Assembly: GCA_029564025.1 (NCBI GenBank)
Contig: JAKQQT010000075.1
Location: forward strand, 13,185-77,184
Origin: Armatimonadota bacterium
Lineage (GTDB): Bacteria; Armatimonadota; DTGP01; JAKQQT01
DNA: 64,000 nt
Direction of reading: 5' to 3'
Shown: piece by piece, positions 27,289 through 39,597 of the stretch
How the letters are laid out: each line of letters opens with the position of its first letter
How positions within the stretch are numbered: position 1 is the first letter of the stretch
Position numbers and translations under genes: made by a program
The notes under the pieces: generated by a model
What the model saw: the letters and a program-made list of their open reading frames with translations, nothing else
Databases searched by the model: none
Told to the model about the DNA's origin: nothing

Positions 27289-27310
27289 CACCAAACTGAT
27301 GCGCAAGAAC

Positions 27311-27336
27311 AAGGGGCGGCCGTACGGCCGCCCCTT
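27311..27336. terminator. Hairpin between convergent genes (bidirectional terminator candidate)
   Basis: AAGGGGCGGC (27311-27320) / GCCGCCCCTT (27327-27336) form a 10-bp stem. It sits between the stop at 27288 (+) and the clpC stop at 27361 (-). U tracts are weak on both sides. Confidence 0.55.
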
Positions 27337-27360
27337 GCGTGTATCTCAACGGTTGCTTTT

Positions 27361-29844
<2,484 letters not shown>

Positions 29845-29971
29845 ACCTCGTTATATCCTTTCGGGCTATAAAGCCCGTATCACTATTTCCTGTCGTCGTT
29901 TGTCCGCAGTCACTCACACTCTTATTATATGGGACATCGGTAGCCGGCGGAGCGGTTCCCGTTTTCAACGC

Positions 29972-31039
29972 TCACCTGCCGCCGGCCGTTTGCAGGCACT
30001 CGCGTATCCAGGTGGCGCGAACACGCTCCCTTTCAGGGACGTCCAGTGTCTGGCCTGCTCCCGAGTCCAGTGCCGCGGGCCTCACTGATAAAAACAACTG
30101 AAGTGGCACACGGGATTCCACAAAGTCGTTCAATCCAGCGTCGATTCCGAGCTTAAGGTACGACAAAAGGTCCAGCGCTTCCCGGGTGCTCATCCTCAGG
30201 GCGTGGCGCAGAATTCCGTACGATCGGGCCGCCTTGTCCGCCACACCGTCGCGATCGGTGCTCAGCAGTTCGCCGCGGGCCTCACGCTCCGCCTTGACCA
30301 GAAACCGCACCGTTGAGTCAACGCGTGTCAGGATATCGTCCTCGGAGGGACCGAGCGCAAACCGGTTGGACACCTGGTAAATGTGGCCGGCGCTGTCCGA
30401 CCCTTCCCCGTAAAGCCCGCGCACGGCTACGCCGAGGTTGGTTGCCGCTCGCAGGATGTCGTTGCACCTTCCAATCCACGTAAGCGCCGGCAGATGCACC
30501 ATCGCCGAGGCCCGCAGTCCGGTGCCCAAGTTGGCCAAGTGCGTGGTCAGATAACCGAATCTCGGCGAAAATGACCAACGAAGCGAGCGGGACAGCCAGT
30601 CGTCCAGCCCGTCCACTATCTCCCACGCTTCGCGAAGGTTGCGCCCCGGCAGGAAGCACTGCAAGCGGACATGGTCTTCCTCATTTATCATCACGGCTAT
30701 GGTACCCGTTGGGCTGAGAACGGCGTACCGCGCGGCCGGTTCCAGGATCAGGCTCGCGCTGACCAGATGCCGTTCCACGAGCACCGCGCGGGCGACCTCA
30801 TCGAGGGCGTTGATGTCGAAAAGGACGAAGTCCCTGAAATCGTCCGACTCCCGAAACGGTTGAAGGCACATCACCGCCACGCGTTCCAAATCCCCGGTGT
30901 CGGCGTGGTACGGAAATGGCGCGACATCGAGGTTCCTGGCCAGGCGTATGCGCGTGCTGAGGACCACGTCACCGTCCTCACCGCGCCGCCCCGACCACAA
31001 CGGAATCAGGTTCAACGAATTCTGATCGGCTGTTTTCAT
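29972..31039 (-). CDS. mcsB: Protein-arginine kinase McsB
   Basis: Phosphagen-kinase catalytic domain (VLSTRIRLARNL, MINEEDHVRLQ, TNLGTGLRAS). 355 aa. ATGA overlap with the upstream mcsA-like gene. Confidence 0.88.
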   Translation of the reverse strand: MKTADQNSLNLIPLWSGRRGEDGDVVLSTRIRLARNLDVAPFPYHADTGDLERVAVMCLQPFRESDDFRDFVLFDINALDEVARAVLVERHLVSASLILEPAARYAVLSPTGTIAVMINEEDHVRLQCFLPGRNLREAWEIVDGLDDWLSRSLRWSFSPRFGYLTTHLANLGTGLRASAMVHLPALTWIGRCNDILRAATNLGVAVRGLYGEGSDSAGHIYQVSNRFALGPSEDDILTRVDSTVRFLVKAEREARGELLSTDRDGVADKAARSYGILRHALRMSTREALDLLSYLKLGIDAGLNDFVESRVPLQLFLSVRPAALDSGAGQTLDVPERERVRATWIRECLQTAGGR

Positions 31040-31440
31040 CGGGTGGGTGAAGGCGTGTCCGGCGTACCCCGACCGTTTCGCCAGTTACCGGGTTGTTTTC
31101 CCGTATGCCGCGGCCTGGGTATGGTCTGCTGTAATAGATCGCCAATCAATGCCTCGAACTCGCCGTAACAGATGGGGCACCCGACACGCCCAAGTCGAAC
31201 GACCTGTTCCATGTCGAAGCCGCACCGCGAACACAGCAGTTTCTCCTTCTTGTCCCGATTCAACATGGCCGCGGCGAGGTTGCCGGCGCCTGACGCCCAG
31301 TTCGCGCGCTCCGCTTCCCACTCCGCGGCGCAATCCGCGCACAAGCGAACCTTCTGCTCCTGGGCGCTCAAAGAGATATCGGCCACCGCCGGGCGGTGGC
31401 CGCATCTTTCACACCACGTTACCGAGTACGTTGATTCCAT
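31036..31440 (-). CDS. mcsA: McsA-like activator of protein-arginine kinase (zinc-finger + UVR-like)
   Basis: CxxC pairs CERCGHRPA...CADCAAEWE and CSRCG...GCPICYGEF. Small (134 aa) and positioned directly upstream of mcsB. Confidence 0.7.
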   Translation of the reverse strand: MESTYSVTWCERCGHRPAVADISLSAQEQKVRLCADCAAEWEAERANWASGAGNLAAAMLNRDKKEKLLCSRCGFDMEQVVRLGRVGCPICYGEFEALIGDLLQQTIPRPRHTGKQPGNWRNGRGTPDTPSPTR

Positions 31441-31461
31441 CCGGTGAACGCTGATACCCTG

Positions 31462-32388
31462 TCAGTCCTCGATCGAAACGCCGTCGCTGGCGGTTCGTGC
31501 GCGGAACATCCTGATCAGTTTGTTGGTAATCGGGCCGGGCTTGCCGTTGCCGATCTTGCGGTCGTCCAGGCGCACCATCGGGATCATTTCTGCGGCGGTA
31601 CCGGTCAGGAACGCTTCATCCGCTGTATAGAGGTCGAACAGGGTCAGGTTGCGTTCCTCCACACCGTACCCGGCGGCCGTGGCGATCTCCATCACGGCGG
31701 CTCTTGTGATGCCTTCCAGGATACCCGCACTGCCCGGAGGCGTCAGCAGTTTGCCGCCGACCACAATAAACACGTTGTCGCCGGTCGCTTCGGCCACACA
31801 CCCGGCGCTGTTCAACATCAGGCCCTCGCCGGCGCCCATCCGGTTCGCCTCGAACTTCGCCATGATGTTGTTCAGGTACTTGCCGGTGGACTTCACGCGC
31901 ACTTCCCAGGCATCCGCCGTCGGAATTCGCGTCGAAACCGTCACCACGTTCAATCCCTTCTCGTACATCTCCTCGGGATACAACGAAAGTTTGCTGGGCA
32001 TGATTGCCACGGTGGGATTTGAGACTCCGCGCGGATCCAAACCAAGGCCCAGGCCGCGAGACACCGTGACCCGGATATAGGCGTCGGTCAGGTGGTTCCG
32101 GCGAAGGATCATTCGAATCGTGTCGCGCATCTCCTGCGGTGTCATCGGAAGGTCCACCAGGATGACCTTCAGCGACTTGTAGAGGCGCGCAACGTGCTCG
32201 TCCAGTTTCCACACACGTCCGCCGTATGCCCGGATCCCCTCGAAAACGCCGTCTCCGTAAAGAAAACCGTGGTCTATGACACTCAGTTTGGCTTCATGCG
32301 CGTGAACGACCTCGCCGTTCAGATACATCAAAGGAGCAGGTGGTACCTGCGGTTCATCGATGTCGATCAGTTTCTTTGTTCTTGCCAT
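31462..32388 (-). CDS. ilvE: Branched-chain amino acid aminotransferase (fold-type IV PLP enzyme)
   Basis: YGDGVFEGIRAY, ...TGKYLNNI... and EATGDNVFIV are class IV aminotransferase patterns. 308 aa. Confidence 0.8.
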   Translation of the reverse strand: MARTKKLIDIDEPQVPPAPLMYLNGEVVHAHEAKLSVIDHGFLYGDGVFEGIRAYGGRVWKLDEHVARLYKSLKVILVDLPMTPQEMRDTIRMILRRNHLTDAYIRVTVSRGLGLGLDPRGVSNPTVAIMPSKLSLYPEEMYEKGLNVVTVSTRIPTADAWEVRVKSTGKYLNNIMAKFEANRMGAGEGLMLNSAGCVAEATGDNVFIVVGGKLLTPPGSAGILEGITRAAVMEIATAAGYGVEERNLTLFDLYTADEAFLTGTAAEMIPMVRLDDRKIGNGKPGPITNKLIRMFRARTASDGVSIED

Positions 32389-32427
32389 TCCCTGTTTTTC
32401 TCTTTCCTTTCACCCGGAAGGGCAGGC

Positions 32428-33390
32428 TCAGGCCCACCACATCTCGCCCGGCGTTTCCTGAAACACGATGCTCTTCAGGAACTCAACCGCGCGCTCAAAA
32501 CCTTCGTTGACCGACATCAGGCTGTCTTCATGTTCAATGCTGATCACCCAGTCATAACCCACCATCCGCAGGTTGCTGATGAGATCGCGCCAGGCGGACG
32601 CATCGTGCCCGTAGCCAACAGTGCGGAATATCCACGAACGATGAAGCTCGTCGCTGTAAGGCTTCGTGTCCAGCACACCGTTCACAGCGGTGTTCGCGGA
32701 ATCAATCCTGCAGTCCTTGGCGTGGAAGTGATACAGACACGGAGCAAGAGCCCGAATGGCCGCTACCGGATCGATGCCCTGCCACCAGAAATGGCTGGGG
32801 TCGAAGTTGGCTCCCACGTTTGAACCGGCCGCCTTGTGCAACCTCAGCATCGTCTCGGGATTGTAAACCACAAATCCCGGATGCATCTCCAGACAGGCTT
32901 TCACATTGTGCTCTGTCAGGAACGCGTTGGCGCTTTTCCAGTACGGTATCACCTTCTCGTTCCACTGCCAGTCCAGAATCTCGGTGAAGTCCGGAGGCCA
33001 GGGACACGTCACCCAGTTCGGACGCGCAGAGGCATCCGAATCGCCGGGACAGCCGCTGAAGCAATTAACCCGTTCAACACCGACCAGGGAGGCCAGTCGA
33101 ACCGTGTCCTCGAAGACCTTTCTGTCGCGCGCGGCAAAGTCCGTGTCGGGATGAAGGGGATTTCCGTGGCACGAGAAAGAATCGAGTATCAAACCCCGGC
33201 TCTCGATGGCGTTGCAGAAGGCTTCCCTCGCGGAGGAATCGGCAAGCAGTTCCGCAACGTTGCAGTGGGCGTCGCCCGGATAGTTGCCAGTGCCAATTTC
33301 AACCGCCTGGACACCCTTGGAGGCAATGTAGTCCAGCGCTTCTTCAAAAGACTGCTGACCGAACAGAACGGTGAACACACCGATTTTCAT
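32428..33390 (-). CDS. Sugar phosphate isomerase/epimerase (xylose isomerase-like TIM barrel)
   Basis: MKIGVFTVLF...ALDYIASKGVQAVEIG..., ...CLEMHPG... and ISIEHED are typical AP_endonuc_2/TIM-barrel patterns. Start ATG 33390 with GGAGGA SD; the ORF opens at 33522. Confidence 0.75.
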   Translation of the reverse strand: MKIGVFTVLFGQQSFEEALDYIASKGVQAVEIGTGNYPGDAHCNVAELLADSSAREAFCNAIESRGLILDSFSCHGNPLHPDTDFAARDRKVFEDTVRLASLVGVERVNCFSGCPGDSDASARPNWVTCPWPPDFTEILDWQWNEKVIPYWKSANAFLTEHNVKACLEMHPGFVVYNPETMLRLHKAAGSNVGANFDPSHFWWQGIDPVAAIRALAPCLYHFHAKDCRIDSANTAVNGVLDTKPYSDELHRSWIFRTVGYGHDASAWRDLISNLRMVGYDWVISIEHEDSLMSVNEGFERAVEFLKSIVFQETPGEMWWA

Positions 33391-33479
33391 ATACGAATCC
33401 TCCGGATGATATCGCCGCGAACGCGGCTTGCTACCGTCATGATAGACGTCTCCGCCGTTCCTGGTCGCCGCCGCATGCG

Positions 33480-33511
33480 AAGAAGCCCCGCGCAATCGCG
33501 CGAGGCTTCTT
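33480..33511 (-). terminator. Strong hairpin after the last polysaccharide-locus gene
   Basis: AAGAAGCCCCGCGC / GCGCGAGGCTTCTT form a 14-bp stem with one mismatch and a 4-nt loop, 26 nt downstream of the stop at 33538. There is no clear U tract on the - strand. Confidence 0.45.
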
Positions 33512-33537
33512 GTTAACGACACTTCGGCGTTACGCGA

Positions 33538-35235
33538 CTAACGCTTCACGGCATCCGGACGCATCAGCAGAACGGCGTAACTGCGAAGGAAGGCGATTTT
33601 CTGCTCCATCGGCATGTCACGGTACAACTGGAAGCCTTCCAGCGAACCCGCTTCAATCGCTTCAAACCGGGCCCGGCTTCCGCGTGTGTAGAAAGTCCAG
33701 TACACATTCGACCAGGTGCTGTAATCGTGCTCGGATCGAACGCCGGGAGCCACCTGACGCGTCAAGTAGATTGCCTGAACGGGACGGATTTCGTCCAGCG
33801 CAATGAAATCCTTCTCCGTCAGCGGCAACCAGATTGCTCGCTTGCCGCCGTACCACGCCATCTCGAGAGCCGCATCCGTAACGATGATGGCGTTGTTGCC
33901 TACCACCTGCGCGACCTCCGCCTCAAGGCCGACGCGCGGCGGAATGGAACGCGCCGTACCGGCGAAGATGATGAACGGGAGTATGATGATACCCACCGCC
34001 AGGGCGCTGACAGCGTTGGTAACCACGCGGTTGGCGTTGGCGTCGGTCAGCATCCGCACGAAGTAAGCCGCCGCAAAGGCTATCAGTACGGGGGCGAACA
34101 CGGCCAGCGATCCAATCTGCACCGTGAACACCCCGGATAGAATGGTCACCAACAGGAGGGATGCGAAGGTCATACCCCGGATAGCGTTGGCTCCGGGACG
34201 CTTGAAGGAGTAGAAAAGACCAACTACGAAGAAGGCCGCCAGCCACTGCTGTCCCCAGACGGGCACAACCTGATAAGCGACGTCAAGCGCTACCACGAGT
34301 TTCTTCAAGATGCCCGACTTGTCGTCCTGGATGTAGCCCAGCATGCTGGAACCGTTCGTGTCGCGATAAAGCGACAAACCCGGATGCTTGGTGGTACCCA
34401 TGGCGATTTCCGAAGCCTTGAGTCCGAAGAACGGATTGCCGGTTACCCTCAGATTGCGGAACCACCAAGGCCCGGCCACAACAACCAGGGCAATCAGGAA
34501 CCAGGTCATTGCGAGTTTCCTGACGCGACCGGCGACGTACCATATGAACAGCAGGACCGGCAACAGCGCGAGCAGAAGATTGTAATCGGTGAGATAGCAC
34601 AGAGCGTACAGAGCGCCCGAGAAAGCCGAGAAACGGGCCACCTTGGAGGTGCTGATCGGCGTGTCTTCGTCGACAGCGGTTTCCTGGGCGAGGTGATACA
34701 TTGCGAGGCACATCGTGGTGAACAGGAACGCCGCCATCGTGACCGGCAGACCGGTAACGGCCATTCGTATCATCATCACGCTGAACACATACGCGAGGAT
34801 CGTCAATTGCGCCACGCGCACGTTGAAGAGACGCCTTGTCAGGGCAAACAACGGCAGAATCGTCAGCCAGAAGAAAAACATCGAAGCGGCCGCCACTTTT
34901 TTGTCCGAGGGGCTCTTCGCCATCACGACGGCAAGGAAACTCGGGTACAAAGGCGGATTCACCATGTCCGGCATACGGGCGATGTCCTTGCTCTTGGTTA
35001 TCTGCAGAGGACGTATGAAATACGTGGTAAAGCCCTTGCCGCCCCCCAGATTCCTCGCCAGTTGAGCCATATCCATGGCTGTCGGATCGGTGATCCGCTG
35101 GAATTGCTTCTTGTAGACGACACCCAACACCAGGGCCGGCAGAACGAACGCCAGGATGATGGTAATGGCGATGCGTTTTGCTCGCACATTGAAATTGTCG
35201 TCGCTGTGTACATCAATACCTGTGTCAATATCCAA
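33538..35235 (-). CDS. ArnT/PMT-like GT-C membrane glycosyltransferase (second copy)
   Basis: Polytopic, with loop motif DMAQLARNLGGGKGFTTYF analogous to the 3368..5038 protein. TTG start with GGGAGG SD. Confidence 0.65.
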   Translation of the reverse strand: MDIDTGIDVHSDDNFNVRAKRIAITIILAFVLPALVLGVVYKKQFQRITDPTAMDMAQLARNLGGGKGFTTYFIRPLQITKSKDIARMPDMVNPPLYPSFLAVVMAKSPSDKKVAAASMFFFWLTILPLFALTRRLFNVRVAQLTILAYVFSVMMIRMAVTGLPVTMAAFLFTTMCLAMYHLAQETAVDEDTPISTSKVARFSAFSGALYALCYLTDYNLLLALLPVLLFIWYVAGRVRKLAMTWFLIALVVVAGPWWFRNLRVTGNPFFGLKASEIAMGTTKHPGLSLYRDTNGSSMLGYIQDDKSGILKKLVVALDVAYQVVPVWGQQWLAAFFVVGLFYSFKRPGANAIRGMTFASLLLVTILSGVFTVQIGSLAVFAPVLIAFAAAYFVRMLTDANANRVVTNAVSALAVGIIILPFIIFAGTARSIPPRVGLEAEVAQVVGNNAIIVTDAALEMAWYGGKRAIWLPLTEKDFIALDEIRPVQAIYLTRQVAPGVRSEHDYSTWSNVYWTFYTRGSRARFEAIEAGSLEGFQLYRDMPMEQKIAFLRSYAVLLMRPDAVKR

Positions 35236-35306
35236 GACAAACCTCCCTGAGTTTCAGTGTCATACCAGTATAGGCCAATCGACGCGTATGTGCATACCGA
35301 TCGCTC

Positions 35307-36110
35307 CTATCCAGCGTCGGAATCGCCCCGGAGTCCTCGCTGAACCTTCGCGTATCGGCCGCGCCCCAGCAGGCTCTTCACGGTCGATTTTGCCCGATAT
35401 CTTGCCGTGATTGTCATACGATTGAGGAGAGAAGACGATACAAGGGCCGCAACGGAATCCGCTGTGTGCCACGATCGGATAGGCAGTCGCGGCAAGGAAA
35501 ACGGTGCCTCCCCATCTCTCGCCAGCGCTTCCCTCGATGTCGCCGCCCATTGATATCCGGACGTCTGCAACATCGCTATTCCATCCGGGGGAATGTCGCC
35601 GTGCGGCCACGACCAGCCGACGACCGGTATTCCGACGGCGGTCTCCAAGACGTTCCGCGAGTGCATTAGTTCGCCTAGTGCCGATTCCGAATCCAGTGCG
35701 CCGAGAGGCGTATGCGTCACCCCGTGAGAAGCGATGTCCATCCCCTTGTCGGAAGCATCGCGCCATTCGTCCGGCGCGCCATATCCTTCGTTGCCGATCA
35801 TTGCCGTCGTGATGAAAAACGTTGCCGTCCAACCCATCTCCAGCAATACCGGCAATGCGTGATCGATGTTTCCGCGCAGTCCGTCATCGAACGTCAAGAC
35901 AACCGGTCGACAACGCTGAATCGGGCGCTCCGCCAGCCACCGCGAAACCGACATTCCGGTGTAGCCGGCCGAACGAAGCCGTTCCATCTGTTGGCGGAAT
36001 GAATCGATGTCGACCGTCCACGACGGAGGCGCTGAGGGATTCGGGCGTGCCGGATCCTGTACCTCGTGGTACATCAAAATGGGAACTAACGCCAATGCGA
36101 ACCTCGTCAC
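35307..36110 (-). CDS. Polysaccharide deacetylase (CE4 / NodB-homology)
   Basis: ILMYHEV, LTFDDGLRGN and SHGVTHTPL are NodB motifs. GTGA overlap with the upstream GT4 gene. Confidence 0.8.
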   Translation of the reverse strand: MTRFALALVPILMYHEVQDPARPNPSAPPSWTVDIDSFRQQMERLRSAGYTGMSVSRWLAERPIQRCRPVVLTFDDGLRGNIDHALPVLLEMGWTATFFITTAMIGNEGYGAPDEWRDASDKGMDIASHGVTHTPLGALDSESALGELMHSRNVLETAVGIPVVGWSWPHGDIPPDGIAMLQTSGYQWAATSREALARDGEAPFSLPRLPIRSWHTADSVAALVSSSLLNRMTITARYRAKSTVKSLLGRGRYAKVQRGLRGDSDAG

Positions 36111-37318
36111 TCCACGTGTTGGACCGCCGCCCGTGCCGATTGATAGACCGCTTCCTGCAACTCGCCGATACGGTCCCAGGTATACCGCGCTTCCACGGTG
36201 CCGCGCGCCGCAACACCGAGCGACTCCCGCCTTTCCGGATCCCTGAGCAATTCCAGGATTCGCCTGGCGAATTCCTCAGGAGTGTCGGCAATCACAATGT
36301 CAAGTCCGTTGGCCACCTCAAGCCCTTCACAGCCGATGGAAGTCGACACGATAGCCTTGCTCATCGCCATGGCGTCCAGAATCTTCAGGCGCGTGCCGCC
36401 CCCGATGCGCAACGGTACCACGTACACTGCCGCGGAGTGTACATAGGGCCGGATGTCCGGTACCTGCCCGATAATCGACACACCGTCGATGGACCCCAGC
36501 GCTTTGACGCTGTCCGGCGGATAGGCGCCGACAACAGAGAATCGGGCATTCGGATTGCCCTGTCGCACCAGCGGCCAGATATCAGAACAGAAATATTGCA
36601 CGGAATCCACGTTCGGTTGATGAGTCATGCTTCCAACAAATACGACCTCGTGCGGATCGGGATCGCCTATACCCGGCTGGAAATACTTCGTATCGACGCC
36701 GTTGGGAACAGTGTGAACGTGCGCCAGAGGGCTGAGGTCCTGTAGCAAGGCGGCGTCAATATCCGAAACGGCGATCGACCTTGTCACGCGCTCCAGCGAC
36801 TCTGCCTCGAACTTCTTCAAACGTCGGGCTTGTTGAGTCCAGAACGTCCTGGCGAATCCCGTCTCAACAGCCGACCTTCGCTCCAGTAACTTGTACTCAA
36901 CATTGTGGTGCACCAGAACGGTCGGTTTGCCGACTGCTTCACTGGCGTACACGGAAAGCGGAAGCATGTCGAAATGGTAGAGATCGACGATCTCCTGGTT
37001 CTTGATGTGCCGTATTGCGGACCGGACTTTCTGCACGTCGTATTTGCGTGCAACGAACGGTTTGTTGGAGGCAATGTTCCTCAAGAGACCGGTACCAAGC
37101 GCGAATCTGCTGGCGTCAGCCGGCGCTTCGAAAGCCAGAACGTTATCGCACATCTCGCGAATGTGGTCCAGTCCGTCCCATTCTTCCGGGTGCTGAATGA
37201 ACGTGACAAAAGTCACATAATGCCGTTTCGCCGCTTCCTGTAGCGTATGAAACGTACGGAGGGGATGACCGCCGTTCATCGGCAAGGGACTACGTGTGGA
37301 TAAAAAAAGAACGTGCAT
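36107..37318 (-). CDS. Glycosyltransferase family 4 (GT-B)
   Basis: The C-terminal EX7E-type region (VVPLRIGGGTRLKILDAMAMSKAIVST..G.EG) is typical of GT4/RfaB-like enzymes. Confidence 0.8.
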   Translation of the reverse strand: MHVLFLSTRSPLPMNGGHPLRTFHTLQEAAKRHYVTFVTFIQHPEEWDGLDHIREMCDNVLAFEAPADASRFALGTGLLRNIASNKPFVARKYDVQKVRSAIRHIKNQEIVDLYHFDMLPLSVYASEAVGKPTVLVHHNVEYKLLERRSAVETGFARTFWTQQARRLKKFEAESLERVTRSIAVSDIDAALLQDLSPLAHVHTVPNGVDTKYFQPGIGDPDPHEVVFVGSMTHQPNVDSVQYFCSDIWPLVRQGNPNARFSVVGAYPPDSVKALGSIDGVSIIGQVPDIRPYVHSAAVYVVPLRIGGGTRLKILDAMAMSKAIVSTSIGCEGLEVANGLDIVIADTPEEFARRILELLRDPERRESLGVAARGTVEARYTWDRIGELQEAVYQSARAAVQHVE

Positions 37319-37339
37319 AGAATTCCAGTCAGTCCGGCT

Positions 37340-38455
37340 TCATTTCCAGCCGATGCGATACCGCCCCGTGGCGTATTGAAACGCTGACACCGCGGCGGCC
37401 GCGTTGAGCACACAAAAGGTTGAACAAACCGACAACAAGGGATTGCGCAGACGTCCGCGCGCCGCCAGGCCCAGCAAACCCAATCCGTATACCAGCAGTT
37501 GACCCGTCAGCATCGAATAGCGCTGAGGCCCTGATGGCATTCCCAGAGAGCCGACCAGCAAACCGACCAGCGCGAACGGAACTACCAGGCGGCAAACTTT
37601 GTGCGACACCAGGCTGAACACCAACCGGGCCGGAAACGGTCTCGGGCGGCGGGCGATCCAGCCGAGCATCTGCCAGTTGCCAACCAGCGTGCGGACCTTG
37701 CGCCGGAACTCACGCTCTTCGTCCGCCACGAGGTCGAAGACTTTCAAGTCCTCGTCCATCACCAGGCGGGCGCCGGACCGGGCCGCGATGAGCGGTATCC
37801 AGACATCATCCAGAATAGCGTCATCGGGCGGAAACCCGTATAAAGACCGCCGAAGGGCATACAAGGCCCCGGAGAGACCCGTCAGCAATCCCAACCGGCT
37901 TTCCCGGCGCCTCAGCCACTTTTCGAAACGCCAGTAGACCCCTACTCCGGCGCTTGTCTCGCAACCCGATTCGTCGGTGATTACCAACTCGCCGCCGACT
38001 CCTCCAACATCCGGATCGCTCATCACCAGACTGATCCGGTCCAGCACGTCCGAATTCACGCTTTGCCGGGCATCCATAAACACAAGAATCTCGCCGGTGG
38101 CCTCGCGAGCGAGGCTGTTCAGTACAGCCGTCTTACCAATTTGCTTGTAACGAAATAGACGCACCCGCGGGTCATTGAAAGCACAAACGGCGGAATCTGT
38201 CCCGTCCGCGGAACCGTCCGATCCGACCAGTATCTCATAAAGGTTATTCGGGTAATCCATACGCAACAACAGGTCGAGTTTGCGTGTGATATTCACTTCC
38301 TCGTTACGCGCGGCGATGAGTATTGACATCCTCTGCCGCCCACGATTGTTGTGAACCCGCGTCCGACGCCGACCCGGCAGAAGGGCCAGGATCAACGCAT
38401 ACCCGAAGTACGTGTACGCAATGAACAGCAGACAGATCCAGGCAAGCGTCGTCAT
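37340..38455 (-). CDS. Glycosyltransferase family 2 (membrane-associated)
   Basis: SILIAARNEE, GSDGSADGT and FMDARQ (DxD-like), plus C-terminal TM helices. Confidence 0.8.
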   Translation of the reverse strand: MTTLAWICLLFIAYTYFGYALILALLPGRRRTRVHNNRGRQRMSILIAARNEEVNITRKLDLLLRMDYPNNLYEILVGSDGSADGTDSAVCAFNDPRVRLFRYKQIGKTAVLNSLAREATGEILVFMDARQSVNSDVLDRISLVMSDPDVGGVGGELVITDESGCETSAGVGVYWRFEKWLRRRESRLGLLTGLSGALYALRRSLYGFPPDDAILDDVWIPLIAARSGARLVMDEDLKVFDLVADEEREFRRKVRTLVGNWQMLGWIARRPRPFPARLVFSLVSHKVCRLVVPFALVGLLVGSLGMPSGPQRYSMLTGQLLVYGLGLLGLAARGRLRNPLLSVCSTFCVLNAAAAVSAFQYATGRYRIGWK

Positions 38456-39597
38456 GAGACCGGATTCCGGCGTTTTGAGAGTCGGCAGTACAGATCCGTA
38501 TACGCCGAAGCCATCGCGTGTGCGCTGTAATGTTTTTCGATGCGCTTGCGCGCGGCGCGACCCATACTCTCGCGTTCCTCGGGCTTTGCCGCGAGATATG
38601 CCAGCGCGTCAGCCAGAGCCTTCGCGTCGCCTGCCGGTATGATGATTCCCGTTTTTTTGTCCACGATGATACGGCTGATCTCGCCGACGTCGGTGGCAAT
38701 CACCGGACGGGCGCAGGCTCCTGCCTCGAGGACCGTCAGCGGCAGTCCCTCCTTGAATGAAGGAAGTACCACTACATCAGACGCGTGGTACACCACGGCC
38801 GCATCGGCAATGTTGCCCGGCATATGAACCCGACCGGCAACTCCCGCCGTCAATGCCTTCTCGACCAGTGTTTCCCTCAGATGCCCGTCGCCGGCAAAAA
38901 CCGCCTGTGCGTCGATTCCTGCGTCAGCGAGGCCGGCAACGGCCGATATCACGTATTCGTGGCCCTTTTCCTCGCTGAGGCGACCAACCAGAGCGACCAG
39001 AAAGCCGGATTCGGCCAATCCGAGGCTCCTGCGCGCTGGCGCATGCCTGTCGGCGGGTTGAAATCGTTGGAGATCAATACCGTTGGGGATTATGGTCAGC
39101 CTGTCCCCGGGCACCCCCATCTCGCGGGCGCGTTCCGCCGTGTTCCGGCTGACGGCCGCAATCCCGGCCAGGCGCGGCAGAATCCTCGCCTCCAGGGCTT
39201 CATAGCGGCGTACAGATGCTGTTCCGCCCACAAATCCGTGCAGTGTTGAAACCACCGGCACACGCAACCACCGGGCCGCGAGCCAGCCGATGATTGTCGT
39301 CTTGTATTCGTGGACGTGCAGGATGTCTGGACGAAAGGCTCTGCCAATGCGTATCAACCGGCGAATCGTTCCGGGATCAAACGCCCCGCTCGATGCGATG
39401 GTGGCGGCGTTGTACCCTTCCGCTTTCAACCGGTCGCATAATTCCGTGTGCGGCTCCCGGGCGTCCGAAAGGCACACGGTCATCATGGGTCCCCGGTAGG
39501 TTCGGGCCAGATTGTAGATGACGTTCTCCGCGCCGTAGAATCCGATGCTACTGCGGAAGTGCAGAACGCGCGGCAGGCTGTCATCAGGCGACTGCAC
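38452..39597 (-). CDS. Glycosyltransferase family 4
   Basis: GT-B fold pattern, VLPSFKEGLPLTVLEAGACARPVIATDVGE. GTG start. Confidence 0.8.
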   Translation of the reverse strand: MQSPDDSLPRVLHFRSSIGFYGAENVIYNLARTYRGPMMTVCLSDAREPHTELCDRLKAEGYNAATIASSGAFDPGTIRRLIRIGRAFRPDILHVHEYKTTIIGWLAARWLRVPVVSTLHGFVGGTASVRRYEALEARILPRLAGIAAVSRNTAERAREMGVPGDRLTIIPNGIDLQRFQPADRHAPARRSLGLAESGFLVALVGRLSEEKGHEYVISAVAGLADAGIDAQAVFAGDGHLRETLVEKALTAGVAGRVHMPGNIADAAVVYHASDVVVLPSFKEGLPLTVLEAGACARPVIATDVGEISRIIVDKKTGIIIPAGDAKALADALAYLAAKPEERESMGRAARKRIEKHYSAHAMASAYTDLYCRLSKRRNPVS